Notes: generated from the letters alone by a model not told the origin. Counted from the first letter of the stretch, positions 9,544 through 20,328 are shown. The stretch is 64,000 nt of DNA from Nitrosopumilus sp. (GCA_965205675.1 OZ242186.1:1504001-1568000), one strand, 5' to 3'. Made by a program: numbers and translations.

Positions 9544-10637
9544 TACAGATTCCTTTACAACAAGATCCAAAGCTAAGTTCAAACCATTCCATTTCATGTT
9601 AACACACAAACAACTCTCAAAAAAACCAAAGGCATTTCTCGCATACACAGGAGTGACTAGACAGCAATTTGGTATGATTCTAAAGGATGTCAGAAAGAAT
9701 AATCGTATAGAAGAAAAGAAGAGGACCACTATCCAAAGGAAAGAGACAGCATGGCATTGGTAATTGGCATCGCTTTGATTTGGATGTAAAATACAGGCAG
9801 GTAATGTTGCTGGTGCATTATCGACTGTATTTGAGATATGGTTTGATAGGACATTTGTTTGGATTAGACTGAGGAAGTAATGTTTGCAGAAACATCAAAT
9901 ATTTAGAGCCTGCAGTAAGAAAATCAATTCCAATTCCTGCAAAACTATACTCTGATTCTAAAAAGATCAATGATATTGTACAACTCCAACTGTTCTTTCC
10001 AGATTTGATTGCAATGACTGATGGTACTGAACAGTCAATCCCAAGACCCCAGAACAAGAAGAAAAGAAAGACTTACTATTCAGGCAAAAAGAAAAAACAT
10101 ACGGTAAAAAATCAGATCACCATAAATCAGAAAGGTAAAATAATACACACGCCATCACACTCTCCTCCTGACAGAAGAGATGATTATGCAATACTAAAAA
10201 TCAAGCATCCAATACTATCCAAAGATGTGATGGTATTTTATGACCTTGTGTATTTAGGAGTGAAAAAAGATTTCCCAGAACAGGTAAGTATTCTACCATA
10301 CAAGAAAAAGAAAGGAAAAAAGCTTAATGTGCATCAGAAAGAGTGAAACAAGATTCAATCCAAAATTAGAATCAAAGCAGAGCCTATCATTTCACAAATT
10401 AAAAAATTCAGAGTCAATTCAAATACATTCAGGAATGGATTGTGCAGATACGATGGAATAAGTGACATCATATGTGGAATTGTCAACTTTAAGACAAGAC
10501 AGAAACAAGAGTCTGTTGTGATTCCATGATATGTCCCAGAATAATCGAATGTTAAATGAGACAGAAGAAGAGATTTTGGTTCTAATTACGCAAGAGGTCT
10601 ATTTAAAACATATAGAAAGCCATTTCTATTATCTAGT

Positions 10638-10922
10638 GTGTCTCATACAGGCGTAGATGTAGTTGATTTTCTTTTCTACACAATTTATCCTGTAATTGGA
10701 ATTTTTGTAGTAGAAGCTATTAGTAGACTAGCAAAAGTCCCAAAATGGATAAAATTGTGGACTCAAGCTATTGTATCCATAGGTTTTGGAACATATTATT
10801 GGTTTATTCTACCTGCCCCACAAAATTTCCCGTTGACTGCCATGGTAATGTTTGCCCTTGCCATTGCTCTAATTTACCAAGGAAGACGAGCAAAAATTTC
10901 TCCAGATAAAAGCCCTTACTAA
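10638..10922 (+). CDS. Small membrane protein
   Basis: Three hydrophobic segments, clean ORF. Confidence 0.75.
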   Translation: MSHTGVDVVDFLFYTIYPVIGIFVVEAISRLAKVPKWIKLWTQAIVSIGFGTYYWFILPAPQNFPLTAMVMFALAIALIYQGRRAKISPDKSPY

Positions 10923-10984
10923 CTTCACTAATGTCATTTAAAATCTAAATTTTATTTAATGTGGGAATTTGAGTGTAATGAATT

Positions 10985-11560
10985 AGATAGATCTACAAAC
11001 TTACTGTAGAATTCTTTCCCTTTTTGATAATTATGATTGATTTTTCTTATGATCTTTTCAAAATTATTTTAAATGTTAATCGGTGGAAGATAAATTTCTA
11101 ATTCTTGAATTTTTTTTGCATTTATGTTTGCTTGTTTTATTGAACCTTGAGCCATACTCCTAATTTTAGTTTTAATTATTGGCAAATTCATGTATGTTGA
11201 AAGAAAAAATGGATTATATTTTTTAGAATTTATTACAAATCTAACCAAATATCCTACAAACATATTTTTTTATTAATAGACGTCTTGCGTAATTATTTCT
11301 AGGCGTGAATTTTGCTGGAGGATTTTTCAAATTGGTTGAAAAATTTGAATTTTCAGGTATGAATTCTGTTAAAATACAAAATTTGAGAAAAAATCTCTAT
11401 AATTACGCAAGAGGTCTAATGTCGAATACAGTTGTTTTTCCAACCAGTTTTTACTATTTGTTCTATTAAATAATAGATCTTCTTTATTCAACAAAGATTT
11501 ATCACCCTCTTCTCCGTCATAATATTTTAGATCGTGTAAAACTAAATCTTATTCTTCTGA
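10985..11560 (-). pseudogene. hsdS: Type I restriction-modification specificity subunit (HsdS) fragment interrupted by a MITE
   Basis: LNKEDLLFNRTNSK.LVGKTTVFD upstream of the MITE; GYLVRF...QANINAKKIQELEIYLPPI downstream; frameshifts; boundaries approximate. Confidence 0.75.
11278..11417. mobile_element. 140-bp MITE with ISL2-type ends, copy 1
   Basis: agacgtcttgcgtaatt ... aattacgcaagaggtct; TSD aat; near-identical copy at 43144-43283. Confidence 0.92.
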
Positions 11561-11591
11561 AAGAGTTAGCATTCTTAAACACAGTATACGA

Positions 11592-11912
11592 TTGGTCTTG
11601 TCAAGTGCTGTAGATGCACCATATTGTGTTGAAGTTATAATTTCTGACATGGGAAATGGATTTTATTTTTGGGTTTATGGGAGGTTTCCAAATGTTGAAA
11701 TAAAATTTGAATTAATTATGCCCAAGTCTCAGTTAACTGATATGGCACTAGAGATTTTGGGTAATAACGTGCAGCTAAAAGATGTTACAGGAGATGACCC
11801 ACTATGTGCCACAAGTACAATATACACTCAAGGCAGACAGGAACGAAACAGGGGCAAGCTACTTGAGGCTATGACCATACGGGTAAGGCCAGTTTTGTTT
11901 GCAAGTGAGTAA
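11592..11912 (+). CDS. Hypothetical protein
   Basis: 106-aa ORF with no recognised motif. Confidence 0.4.
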   Translation: MVLSSAVDAPYCVEVIISDMGNGFYFWVYGRFPNVEIKFELIMPKSQLTDMALEILGNNVQLKDVTGDDPLCATSTIYTQGRQERNRGKLLEAMTIRVRPVLFASE

Positions 11913-12017
11913 AGTATTAGCTTTCTGAAATCTGTAATGCCCTGGTTAAAATTTGAAATCTTTGTTATCTAATAAAACAACAATCATCTATATAATGGGT
12001 AAATTTGAATAATAGCC

Positions 12018-12254
12018 ATGTCACAAAGTCAAAAATCCATAAATTTGAAGTTCAAATACAAACCATCCAGCAATGGTTTTATCGCACAAGGCATCGAACT
12101 TCCCGCAATACTTGTAGAATCTGAAAATGAGGAACAATTAATGAAAGATCTTGACACAGCGACAGACTGTTTCTTTGATTCGTTCCCAGAAGAAAAACAA
12201 AAATTTGTTCTTGCAGAAAGTGAACAGATAACTAAACTGGAAAAACGCATCTAG
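12018..12254 (+). CDS. HicB-like antitoxin (short form)
   Basis: GFIAQGIELPAILVESENEEQLMKDL resembles the HicB N-terminal domain; acidic. Confidence 0.6.
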   Translation: MSQSQKSINLKFKYKPSSNGFIAQGIELPAILVESENEEQLMKDLDTATDCFFDSFPEEKQKFVLAESEQITKLEKRI

Positions 12255-12260
12255 TAAAAA

Positions 12261-12497
12261 TTGACAAATACCCATAACTGGAATCAGATTCATAAACTTT
12301 TAATTGATAAATTAGGGTATAGACAAATCATTTCTTCTTTTCAATCTAATATGATCTCTTATAAGAGCCCTAATGGCAGAAAAATTATTATTAAAAAATC
12401 AAATTCAATGAGTGTGGAATATGTTCAGTCCATATGTCTGCATGTTGGGTATGACTATGTTGCATTTGTAGAATTTTATTCCAACACAAATTCTTGA
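12261..12497 (+). CDS. HicA-like protein (divergent)
   Basis: IHKLLIDKLGY...YKSPNGRKIII...VQSICLHVG resembles the HicA fold; adjacent to HicB-like gene. Confidence 0.5.
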   Translation: MTNTHNWNQIHKLLIDKLGYRQIISSFQSNMISYKSPNGRKIIIKKSNSMSVEYVQSICLHVGYDYVAFVEFYSNTNS

Positions 12498-12540
12498 GAA
12501 ATATTATTTTATTTCTTATTAGATTTTGTAATTTTAATAG

Positions 12541-12693
12541 TAGAGCGACGATCAAAAGTTCGTGAACATTTTTGCAGGATTTCTAAAGATATAATTTGCA
12601 ACATCAAGCTTGAATCTTGTCATTCTAAAATATTTTGACACTGCATCATTCATCATCGTAAACATTGCATAATATTCTGAAACCAACAACGCA
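12541..12693 (-). mobile_element. 3' remnant of a second IS630 lineage (type B)
   Basis: Encodes LLVSEYYAMF...VSKYFRMTRFKLDVANYIFR, similar to the type A transposase C-terminus; about 80 bp shared with 28003-28082. Confidence 0.7.
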
Positions 12694-12695
12694 TA

Positions 12696-13005
12696 CTCTC
12701 TAACAAAATTTTATGAACTATTGATCTGATTTATTTTACCAAATGCCATATTGATCAAAACATTACACATCAAACCATGAATAATCAAAAATTAATTCAA
12801 GCATACAAAGATGAAAAGAACGTCAAGGTAAAAGAAAGGCTATTTTTGATAAAGCGAGTATTACTTGAGAACCAAATTGCATCACATGTTGCAAAGAATC
12901 TTGGACGTGTACGTTCATGGGCATACAAATGGTTAGATAGATTTGCAGAATGTGGAATTGCAGTACTGCAAGACTTGCCTAGAACTGGCAGATCAACTAA
13001 CATAC
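12696..13005 (+). mobile_element. Truncated IS630 type A (left end plus 5' part of transposase), opposite orientation to copies 1 and 2
   Basis: Near-identical to the reverse complement of about 9235-9543; ORF 12777-13019. Confidence 0.9.
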
Positions 13006-13321
13006 TAGAAAAATTGTAAATTACGTTAAAATTTATGAGGTGCAAGACCTCATCTGTTAATTGTGAATAATTCTAATGAACAGATAAAGATAGCATTGAT
13101 GATATGAATCTCGCAGAGATACATGTCTGCGCATCTTTTGTTTGGAACCATTCCCTAGTAAAAGCTATGATCTGATGTTTGAAAAGAAAGAGCGTATAAA
13201 AACAATTCACATGGATAATTATAGTTCAAAAGTCAAACTGTCAAAAAATGAATGGGTTTTTTAACCCTAACCAATGATTCTAGGATTTCAATTTAATAAC
13301 TAGTCAATCTAATTTTAAAAA

Positions 13322-13855
13322 ATGTCCCAAACAGAAGCCAGAAAGACCCTAAAAGACGCACCAGTAATGTGGAGAAGAATCAACTCCATAGGCATGATTT
13401 TAGACTGTAATTCAACATATGCTGCAAATTTAGGATATGCCAAATCTGAAATTTTAGGCAAGCCAATTTTTGAACATGTTCCAAAAGAATCATGGGAAGA
13501 CATGAATAATTCTCTAAAAACATGGTTTGAGACAGGTAAAGTTACAGATAGGAAAATGACATTCAAAAAACAAAACGGAGATACTTTTTTAGGATTATTA
13601 CAAGCAACTAGTCTTTATGATGAAAATAAAAATTTACTCGGAAGCAATACAGTAATTTTTAATTTAAAGGAAATAACAGATGAGAAAATAAAAGAATATC
13701 AAAACTTTTTCAAAGAATCAAATTTCAAATTAGATAAAATTAAAGAAACAGAATATGATCAGTTAGATGAAAATTCAAAATCAGAGCATAATGGATTGAA
13801 AAAAATGTTTGAGATGTTATCTGCAATCAATTTTAACGAATTAAAAAATAATTAA
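13322..13855 (+). CDS. PAS-domain protein
   Basis: ILDCNSTYAANLGYAKSEILGKPIFEHV PAS core. Confidence 0.85.
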   Translation: MSQTEARKTLKDAPVMWRRINSIGMILDCNSTYAANLGYAKSEILGKPIFEHVPKESWEDMNNSLKTWFETGKVTDRKMTFKKQNGDTFLGLLQATSLYDENKNLLGSNTVIFNLKEITDEKIKEYQNFFKESNFKLDKIKETEYDQLDENSKSEHNGLKKMFEMLSAINFNELKNN

Positions 13856-15774
13856 TTAGAATTTTCTTTGATTGATTTTTGTAGTTCATCAAAAACTTGT
13901 TTAACTTCAATTACTGCAGTACCATCTTCTAACGTACTTACATCTCCAATTTGTTCGTTGTTACCTATTGCTTTTAGCAATCTACGCATAATTTTCCCAC
14001 TTCGGGTTTTTGGTAATTTTGAAACAAAATAAATTTGTTTGGGAGTTGCAATTGCCCCAATGTCAGATCTAATCTTTTCAACTAGTTGTTTTTTTAAAAT
14101 TATAAAGTCAGTTGTAACGCCTTGTTTTAAAACTACAAATGCAATTATCACCTCACCTTTTATTTCATCAGGAATTCCACAAGCTGCAGATTCTGCAACA
14201 TCGGAATGAGATATAATGCAGCTTTCAAGTTCAGTTGTTCCAATTCTATGACCTGCAATTTTGAGTACATCATCTGCACGTCCCAATAACCAGAGATACC
14301 CATCATCATCTTTTAGAGCATAGTCACCAGGATAGTAGCAATTCTCATATTTTGACCAATAAACTTTCTTGTATTTTTCATCATCATTCCACAAAGTCAA
14401 AAGCATTCCAGGCCAAGGGTTCTTGATGACAAGATATCCCTTGACATTTGCAGGTACTTCGGCACCATTCTCATCAACTACAGTGATATTGACGCCTGGA
14501 ATTGGACGGGTACCAGATCCAGGTTTTAGCGGAATAGTCTCAAGGCCAGGAAGTGAAGAGATCAACATACCACCAGTTTCAGTTTGCCACCAAGTATCAA
14601 TGATTGGGCATTTTTCTTTTCCAATGGTTTTGAAATACCATTTCCAAATTTCAGGATTAATTGGTTCGCCAACAGTTCCAAGCAATCTTAAATTTGAAAG
14701 ATCAAATGAATTTGGAATATTATCTCCAAATTTCATAAACATTCTCAATGCAGTAGGAGTAGTGTAAAAGATTGTTACGCCATATTTTTGTAAAATATTC
14801 CACATACGTGAGGCATCAGGAAAATCAGGTGCGCCTTCATATATTACTTGAGTTGCACCATGAAGCAAAGGGGCATATACAACATAGCTATGTCCAGTCA
14901 CCCATCCAATATCAGCAGTGCAAAAAAAGATATCAGAGTCTTTAATATCAAAAGCCCATTTGAATGTAGAATGTATATGTGTTAGATAACCACCAGTTCC
15001 ATGTAAAACACCTTTAGGTTTTCCAGTAGTTCCTGACGTATACAAAATAAACAAAGGGTGATCACTAGGCAAGTCTTCAGCAACACATGAATCAGAAACA
15101 TCATCCATCAAAGTTGTCCAAAGTTTATCTTTTGGAGATATTAAGATCTTATTTTTTGTTCTCTCTAAAACAACAACGTGTTCTATAAAATCAAGTTCTT
15201 TAACTGCATCATCAACAATGTCTTTGAGTGGTACAATTTTTCCTCGTCTATACCCACCATCAGCAGTAATGATTATTTTGGAGTGCGAATCATGCACTCT
15301 ATCTTTAATTGATGTTGCACTAAACCCAGAGAAAATTACAGTGTGAATGGCACCGATTCTTGCACATGCCAACATTGCAATCAGAAGTTCTGGAACCATT
15401 GGAAGATAGATAGTAACTCTATCACCTTTTTTTACATCAAGTGATTTGAGCACATTTGTAAATTTCTGGACCTGGATGTACATTTCACCATATGTAATAC
15501 TCCTAGAATCGCCATTTTCACCCTCCCATAAAATGGCAAATTTCTCAGATTTTACCCCCTGATGGACATCCAGAGCATTATACGAGGCATTAATCGTACC
15601 TCCAACGAACCATTTAGCAAAAGGAGGTTGCCAATCAAGGATCTTCTTCCAAGGTGAAAACCAAGACAAATTCTTGGCTTGTAAATCCCAAAATGAGATA
15701 AAATCAGAATCAGCTTTTTTTCTCAAAGTATCATCATTGTTTCCCAGTCCAATTTCAAATGTCTTAGACATCAA
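13852..15774 (-). CDS. acs: Acetate--CoA ligase (AMP-forming acetyl-CoA synthetase family)
   Basis: YTSGTTGKPKG, DTWWQTETG, GRADD, PKTRSGKIMRR. Confidence 0.93.
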   Translation of the reverse strand: MMSKTFEIGLGNNDDTLRKKADSDFISFWDLQAKNLSWFSPWKKILDWQPPFAKWFVGGTINASYNALDVHQGVKSEKFAILWEGENGDSRSITYGEMYIQVQKFTNVLKSLDVKKGDRVTIYLPMVPELLIAMLACARIGAIHTVIFSGFSATSIKDRVHDSHSKIIITADGGYRRGKIVPLKDIVDDAVKELDFIEHVVVLERTKNKILISPKDKLWTTLMDDVSDSCVAEDLPSDHPLFILYTSGTTGKPKGVLHGTGGYLTHIHSTFKWAFDIKDSDIFFCTADIGWVTGHSYVVYAPLLHGATQVIYEGAPDFPDASRMWNILQKYGVTIFYTTPTALRMFMKFGDNIPNSFDLSNLRLLGTVGEPINPEIWKWYFKTIGKEKCPIIDTWWQTETGGMLISSLPGLETIPLKPGSGTRPIPGVNITVVDENGAEVPANVKGYLVIKNPWPGMLLTLWNDDEKYKKVYWSKYENCYYPGDYALKDDDGYLWLLGRADDVLKIAGHRIGTTELESCIISHSDVAESAACGIPDEIKGEVIIAFVVLKQGVTTDFIILKKQLVEKIRSDIGAIATPKQIYFVSKLPKTRSGKIMRRLLKAIGNNEQIGDVSTLEDGTAVIEVKQVFDELQKSIKENSN

Positions 15775-15826
15775 AAAGTGTATGAGATTAGATCTTTCTA
15801 AGTGTTAAAAAAATAAATTAAAAAAA

Positions 15827-16702
15827 TTATTGTGCTTCCATTCTAGCAAGCCAATCATTATCATTATCGTCGTTTGAAGTATCTGCGGTCACCTGTTGGG
15901 GTGGTTTTGGAAATGCAAATGTTGCCTCAGATTCAGTTAGAGGTTCTTGTATAGGGGTACTAGGAGCCTCAATAGGTTCTGAAGGTATTACTGTTGATTC
16001 GATTGGTACTTCTGGAAGTATAGTCTGAACTTGTTGTGGATCAGAAGTTTCCAGATATGAACGGGCAGATTCTTGGATGTCTGGCGTTGTAGGCGCAGTT
16101 ATCTCTTGCACTTCTAATTCAAGATCTGCAATTCTACTCTTTACATTTGCGATTTCTGTTGTTTCGTGAGCAACATGCTCAATTATCTTAGTTGTGCATG
16201 ATTTTACAATCTCAAATGTTGCCTCAGAGATTTCATTGCTTTTGAATTGTACTTTGGCATCAAACAATAACATTTTTGCAGACTTCATTTGTTCATCTAA
16301 CTCAATTAACCTTGTTTCCAAAATTGCTTTGATTTCATGTTCTGTTTCATCTAATGATACAAGTTTTGACCTGTATTTTTCATGAATTATTTCTGCATCT
16401 GCTTTCATGTCATCATTTTCTGAAACAATATCAATCAACGCTTTTAGTCGACGTAGAGTTAGTTGTTTTTCTCGAATGAGTCTTTGTGAGTCGAGTCTCC
16501 ATTTTGGAATAAAAATAACAACTTCACCTTGAGCCACTAATTGTTCATATTGGATTTGCTGTAATCCTTGTGAACCGCAGTCAATGCCAACGGATTGAAT
16601 ACTTCCGTCAATATCAGTTATTGTTCCTACGACTTTACCCATGAACGTTCCGTACATGTCTTTGACATTTTTACCGATAATTTCGATATCGTCATTTGTC
16701 AT
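15827..16702 (-). CDS. cdvA: Cell division protein CdvA
   Basis: PRC-barrel IIGKNVKDMYGTFMGKVVG followed by coiled coil and acidic Pro-rich tail; start placed at MTNDD. Confidence 0.88.
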   Translation of the reverse strand: MTNDDIEIIGKNVKDMYGTFMGKVVGTITDIDGSIQSVGIDCGSQGLQQIQYEQLVAQGEVVIFIPKWRLDSQRLIREKQLTLRRLKALIDIVSENDDMKADAEIIHEKYRSKLVSLDETEHEIKAILETRLIELDEQMKSAKMLLFDAKVQFKSNEISEATFEIVKSCTTKIIEHVAHETTEIANVKSRIADLELEVQEITAPTTPDIQESARSYLETSDPQQVQTILPEVPIESTVIPSEPIEAPSTPIQEPLTESEATFAFPKPPQQVTADTSNDDNDNDWLARMEAQ

Positions 16703-16835
16703 ATGAGATAGTTTAAAGATTTGTATAACCGACAAAGTGTAAGAAATATTTTTAGTTTTAGTAAGATTAAATTCACAAACTCAAGATCATCGGATTTTAA
16801 GTAATTTTAAAATCTAGAGAGAAAGTAGTAAACTC

Positions 16836-17123
16836 ATGATTCAAAAAGAAGAATTGGAACAAATTTTGAATTTTGTCGCAAGTAGATGGACTGAAGCAAC
16901 AAAGGATCCAAATAACAAAGCAATGGAGACTTTGCCAAATGATTTTTGGATGAATTCCATTGGAGGCAAAACTGCCAAAAAAGGATTATGGGTTACAACA
17001 TTGATGTATACTGAAAATGAGGCAGACGCTGAAGCATTCAAACAAGTGCTACTTAGATGGCAAGCAAAAGGTCAAGATAAAGACAAAGGACCCGATCTAA
17101 TTCAAATCGGAAAAAAGAAATAG
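16836..17123 (+). CDS. Hypothetical protein
   Basis: Clean 95-aa ORF. Confidence 0.7.
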   Translation: MIQKEELEQILNFVASRWTEATKDPNNKAMETLPNDFWMNSIGGKTAKKGLWVTTLMYTENEADAEAFKQVLLRWQAKGQDKDKGPDLIQIGKKK

Positions 17124-17155
17124 ACTATTAATAATTGTGAATCAATATATCGTTA

Positions 17156-18784
17156 TTGTCAGAGTTCTCAGTTAAAGAAAGAAAAATTCTATCAGATCAT
17201 TTTTCAAACACAAAAGACAATGTCTTTGCAATAATTACACCACAGCAAGTTGATCGCGGTGCATTGATGTCAAGATATAGTAGAACCGATAAAAGTATGA
17301 GGCAGATATTTCTCGAGGAATTTTTACAAAATAAAAATAGAGGCGAGGAATTTTACAACAGAGTACTTTTAGAGTATGGGGATGATTCAGTTGCAGAATT
17401 AGGTGAAGCACAGATTGCAATTGAAGGACTGTCAAACATTGCAGTAAAAAAAATCGAAGATAGAAGAATAGGATTATCATATTTAGAAAAATCATCAAGA
17501 TACGTTGCATGGAACAAAAAAGAAAAAGGAAAATACAGATTTTACAGAGAACCAGAAATTATGAAATCTCGTTTTGCAGATGTTTATGAAGAAACTTGTA
17601 ATTTTTCATTTGATATTTATTCAAAAAACATAAAACCAATGATAAATTATATCAGAGAAAAATATCCAATTGAAAAATATAGTTTCAAAGATTCAAAAGA
17701 TGGTAAAGAAAAATTATTTTCGAAATTAAAAAATAAATCAGATATCAAATCTGCAAATATGATTTACAAAGGTTCAACAAAAGCAAAAGCACTAGATATT
17801 CTTAGGGGATTGTTACCAGCATCAACTTTAACAAATGTGGGAATTACAGGAAATGGTAGGGCATATGAATATCTATTAACAATATTAGGCTCATCAGAAC
17901 TAAAAGAAGAACAAGATTTAGCCTCAAAAATCAAAAAAGAGCTAGACACTACAATCAAATCATTTGTCAGAAGAGCAGATGACAAATATGGTAAAGCGTT
18001 TCAAAAATACCTCAAAGATATAAAAAATAAATCAAAAATAATTACTGCAAACGAAATCAAATCAAGTCCAAAAAAAGGCACAGTTATAAAAATAGTAGAT
18101 TATGAATCAGAAAAAAATGCAATAGATAAAATTATTACAAGTATAATATATGAACAATCTCCAAGTACCGCATATCAAAATATTCTCCAACAAGTAAAGA
18201 AAATGTCAAAAGAAAAGAAAAATAAAATTATTGGCGAATTTACAAAAATTAGAACAAATAGGCGCCATAGACCATCCAGGGCATTTGAAAGTGTTTACTA
18301 TACATTTGATTTATGTAACAATTATGGAATGTTTAGAGATTTTCACAGACATAGAGCATTAACTCTTCAAAGACAGTTATTAACAACAGACCACGGATAT
18401 GATATACCAAATGAGATCAAAGTTTTAGGAATTGAAAAAGATTTCAAAGACTGTATGAATAAAACGAAAGAAGCATTTGATAAAATAAGAATAAAATATC
18501 CAGAACAAGGACAATACATAGTAAACTTTGGGTACAATTATCCATATTTTATAAAGTTTAATCTAAGAGAAGCATGTCATTTAATTGAATTAAGAACGAT
18601 TTCACAAGGGCATGTTGATTACAGAAGAGTTGCACAACAAATGTTTAAACAAATTAACAAAATTCATCCAAATCTCAGTAAAATTATGAAATATGTAGAT
18701 ATGAAAGAATACGATTTAGAGAGATTTGAATCTGAAAAAAGAACAGAAGGGAAAAGGAAAAAATTAAAAAATCGAATATCATGA
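17156..18784 (+). CDS. thyx: FAD-dependent thymidylate synthase, double-domain type
   Basis: [31 protein letters not shown] motifs. Confidence 0.9.
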   Translation: MSEFSVKERKILSDHFSNTKDNVFAIITPQQVDRGALMSRYSRTDKSMRQIFLEEFLQNKNRGEEFYNRVLLEYGDDSVAELGEAQIAIEGLSNIAVKKIEDRRIGLSYLEKSSRYVAWNKKEKGKYRFYREPEIMKSRFADVYEETCNFSFDIYSKNIKPMINYIREKYPIEKYSFKDSKDGKEKLFSKLKNKSDIKSANMIYKGSTKAKALDILRGLLPASTLTNVGITGNGRAYEYLLTILGSSELKEEQDLASKIKKELDTTIKSFVRRADDKYGKAFQKYLKDIKNKSKIITANEIKSSPKKGTVIKIVDYESEKNAIDKIITSIIYEQSPSTAYQNILQQVKKMSKEKKNKIIGEFTKIRTNRRHRPSRAFESVYYTFDLCNNYGMFRDFHRHRALTLQRQLLTTDHGYDIPNEIKVLGIEKDFKDCMNKTKEAFDKIRIKYPEQGQYIVNFGYNYPYFIKFNLREACHLIELRTISQGHVDYRRVAQQMFKQINKIHPNLSKIMKYVDMKEYDLERFESEKRTEGKRKKLKNRIS

Positions 18785-19185
18785 CAGAAAAAATAGAAAA
18801 AACAAAAGAGGAATGGAAAGAAGAATTAACTCCAGAGCAATATGAAATTTGTATAAATCACGGAACCGAGCCACCATTTTCTGGAAAATATAATAGTACA
18901 AAACTAAAGGGTTCTTTCAAATGTACTTGTTGTGGAGAAGAACTATTCTCATCAGAGGCTAAATTTGATTCAGGTTCAGGATGGCCAAGTTTTTGGCAGC
19001 CAATATCAGAAGAAAAAATAGAATACATTTCAGACACAACATACGGAATGGTTCGTACAGAAGTGAATTGTAACAAATGTGGAGCACATCTAGGACATGT
19101 ATTTGATGATGGGCCAAAACCTACAAGCCAAAGATACTGTATTAATTCAGTTTCATTGCAACATGAAAGAGATGACAAACCATAA
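18781..19185 (+). CDS. msrB: Peptide-methionine (R)-S-oxide reductase
   Basis: [31 protein letters not shown]. Confidence 0.96.
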   Translation: MTEKIEKTKEEWKEELTPEQYEICINHGTEPPFSGKYNSTKLKGSFKCTCCGEELFSSEAKFDSGSGWPSFWQPISEEKIEYISDTTYGMVRTEVNCNKCGAHLGHVFDDGPKPTSQRYCINSVSLQHERDDKP

Positions 19186-19317
19186 TAGCTACAGATTCGG
19201 AAAGGGCATCAGAGATGAAAATATACTTAAAAATTATTAATAAAACATAATTAATGATAAAAAAATCAGGGGAGATAAAATGAATCACAATAATATAACC
19301 AAAAGGAAAGAAAGAAT

Positions 19318-20328
19318 TTGAGAATCATACTATGTGGATTTGGTCTCGTAGGTCAAAGTTTAGTAAAATTATTTCAATCTAGATCAGATGAACTTTATTC
19401 AAAATACGGGCTAAAACCGCGAGTTGTCGGAGTGTGTGACAGTAAAGGCAGTACAGTAGATCAATCAGGGTTGGACTTTAGCAAACTAGTAGAAACAAAG
19501 AAAAAATTTGGTACCGTAAAAAATTATTCAGACACACAGAATTCAATGTTAGGAATAGAAATGCTAAAAAACATCCAAGCCGATGTTCTAATTGAAACTA
19601 CTGCAAGTAATTACAAAGATGCAGAGCCAGGCATGACCCACATTATGACAGCTATGAAAAAAGGCATGCATGTAATTTCAGTAAATAAGGGACCGCTGGC
19701 ATTAGCATTCCCATCATTGTTAGAATTAGCAGTATACAACAGGGTAATGCTAAAATTCAGTGGGACCGTAGGTGGAGGCACGCCAATTTTAGATTATGCC
19801 AAGAATAGCCTAAGCGGTGAAAGAATCACATCATTTGCAGGAATTCTAAACGGTACCACAAATTACATTTTGACAAACATGGGAACAGGAGTATCTTATG
19901 AAGAAGCACTAAGAGATGCACAGGATAAAGGATATGTAGAAGCTGATGAATCATTAGATTTAGACGGACTTGATGCGGCTGCGAAACTAGTGATTCTTGC
20001 AAATTGGATAATGGGGATGAAGGTAACACTCCCAGACATTGACTGTACAGGAATACGGAAAGTTACAGTCGAAGATATTAAAAATGCCGCAAAAAATAAT
20101 TGTACAATAAAATTAATCGCATCATGTAACAAAAAACTTGTCGTAAAACCAATAGAAGTATCAAATAATGACCCATTATGTGTAAACGGAACACTAAATG
20201 CAATTGCTTTTACATCTGAGCATTCAGGAACGCAGACAATTATTGGTAAAGGGGCAGGAGGTATGGAAACAGCTAGTTCCATACTAAGGGATTTGTTAGA
20301 CATCAGACAAGAGATTGCTAGAGATTGA
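19318..20328 (+). CDS. hom: Homoserine dehydrogenase
   Basis: GFGLVG, NKGPLA, GILNGTTNYIL, GKGAGG. Confidence 0.94.
   Translation: MRIILCGFGLVGQSLVKLFQSRSDELYSKYGLKPRVVGVCDSKGSTVDQSGLDFSKLVETKKKFGTVKNYSDTQNSMLGIEMLKNIQADVLIETTASNYKDAEPGMTHIMTAMKKGMHVISVNKGPLALAFPSLLELAVYNRVMLKFSGTVGGGTPILDYAKNSLSGERITSFAGILNGTTNYILTNMGTGVSYEEALRDAQDKGYVEADESLDLDGLDAAAKLVILANWIMGMKVTLPDIDCTGIRKVTVEDIKNAAKNNCTIKLIASCNKKLVVKPIEVSNNDPLCVNGTLNAIAFTSEHSGTQTIIGKGAGGMETASSILRDLLDIRQEIARD

Larger units (their letters stand above)
8407..10600 (+). mobile_element. IS5-family ISL2-group element, copy 1; transposase degraded, carries a nested IS630
   Basis: TIRs agacctcttgcgtaatt / aattacgcaagaggtct; 3-bp TSD att; DDE_Tnp_4-like fragments (DGTEQSIPRP, YSGKKKKHTVK) with stops and frameshifts. 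Confidence 0.9.
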
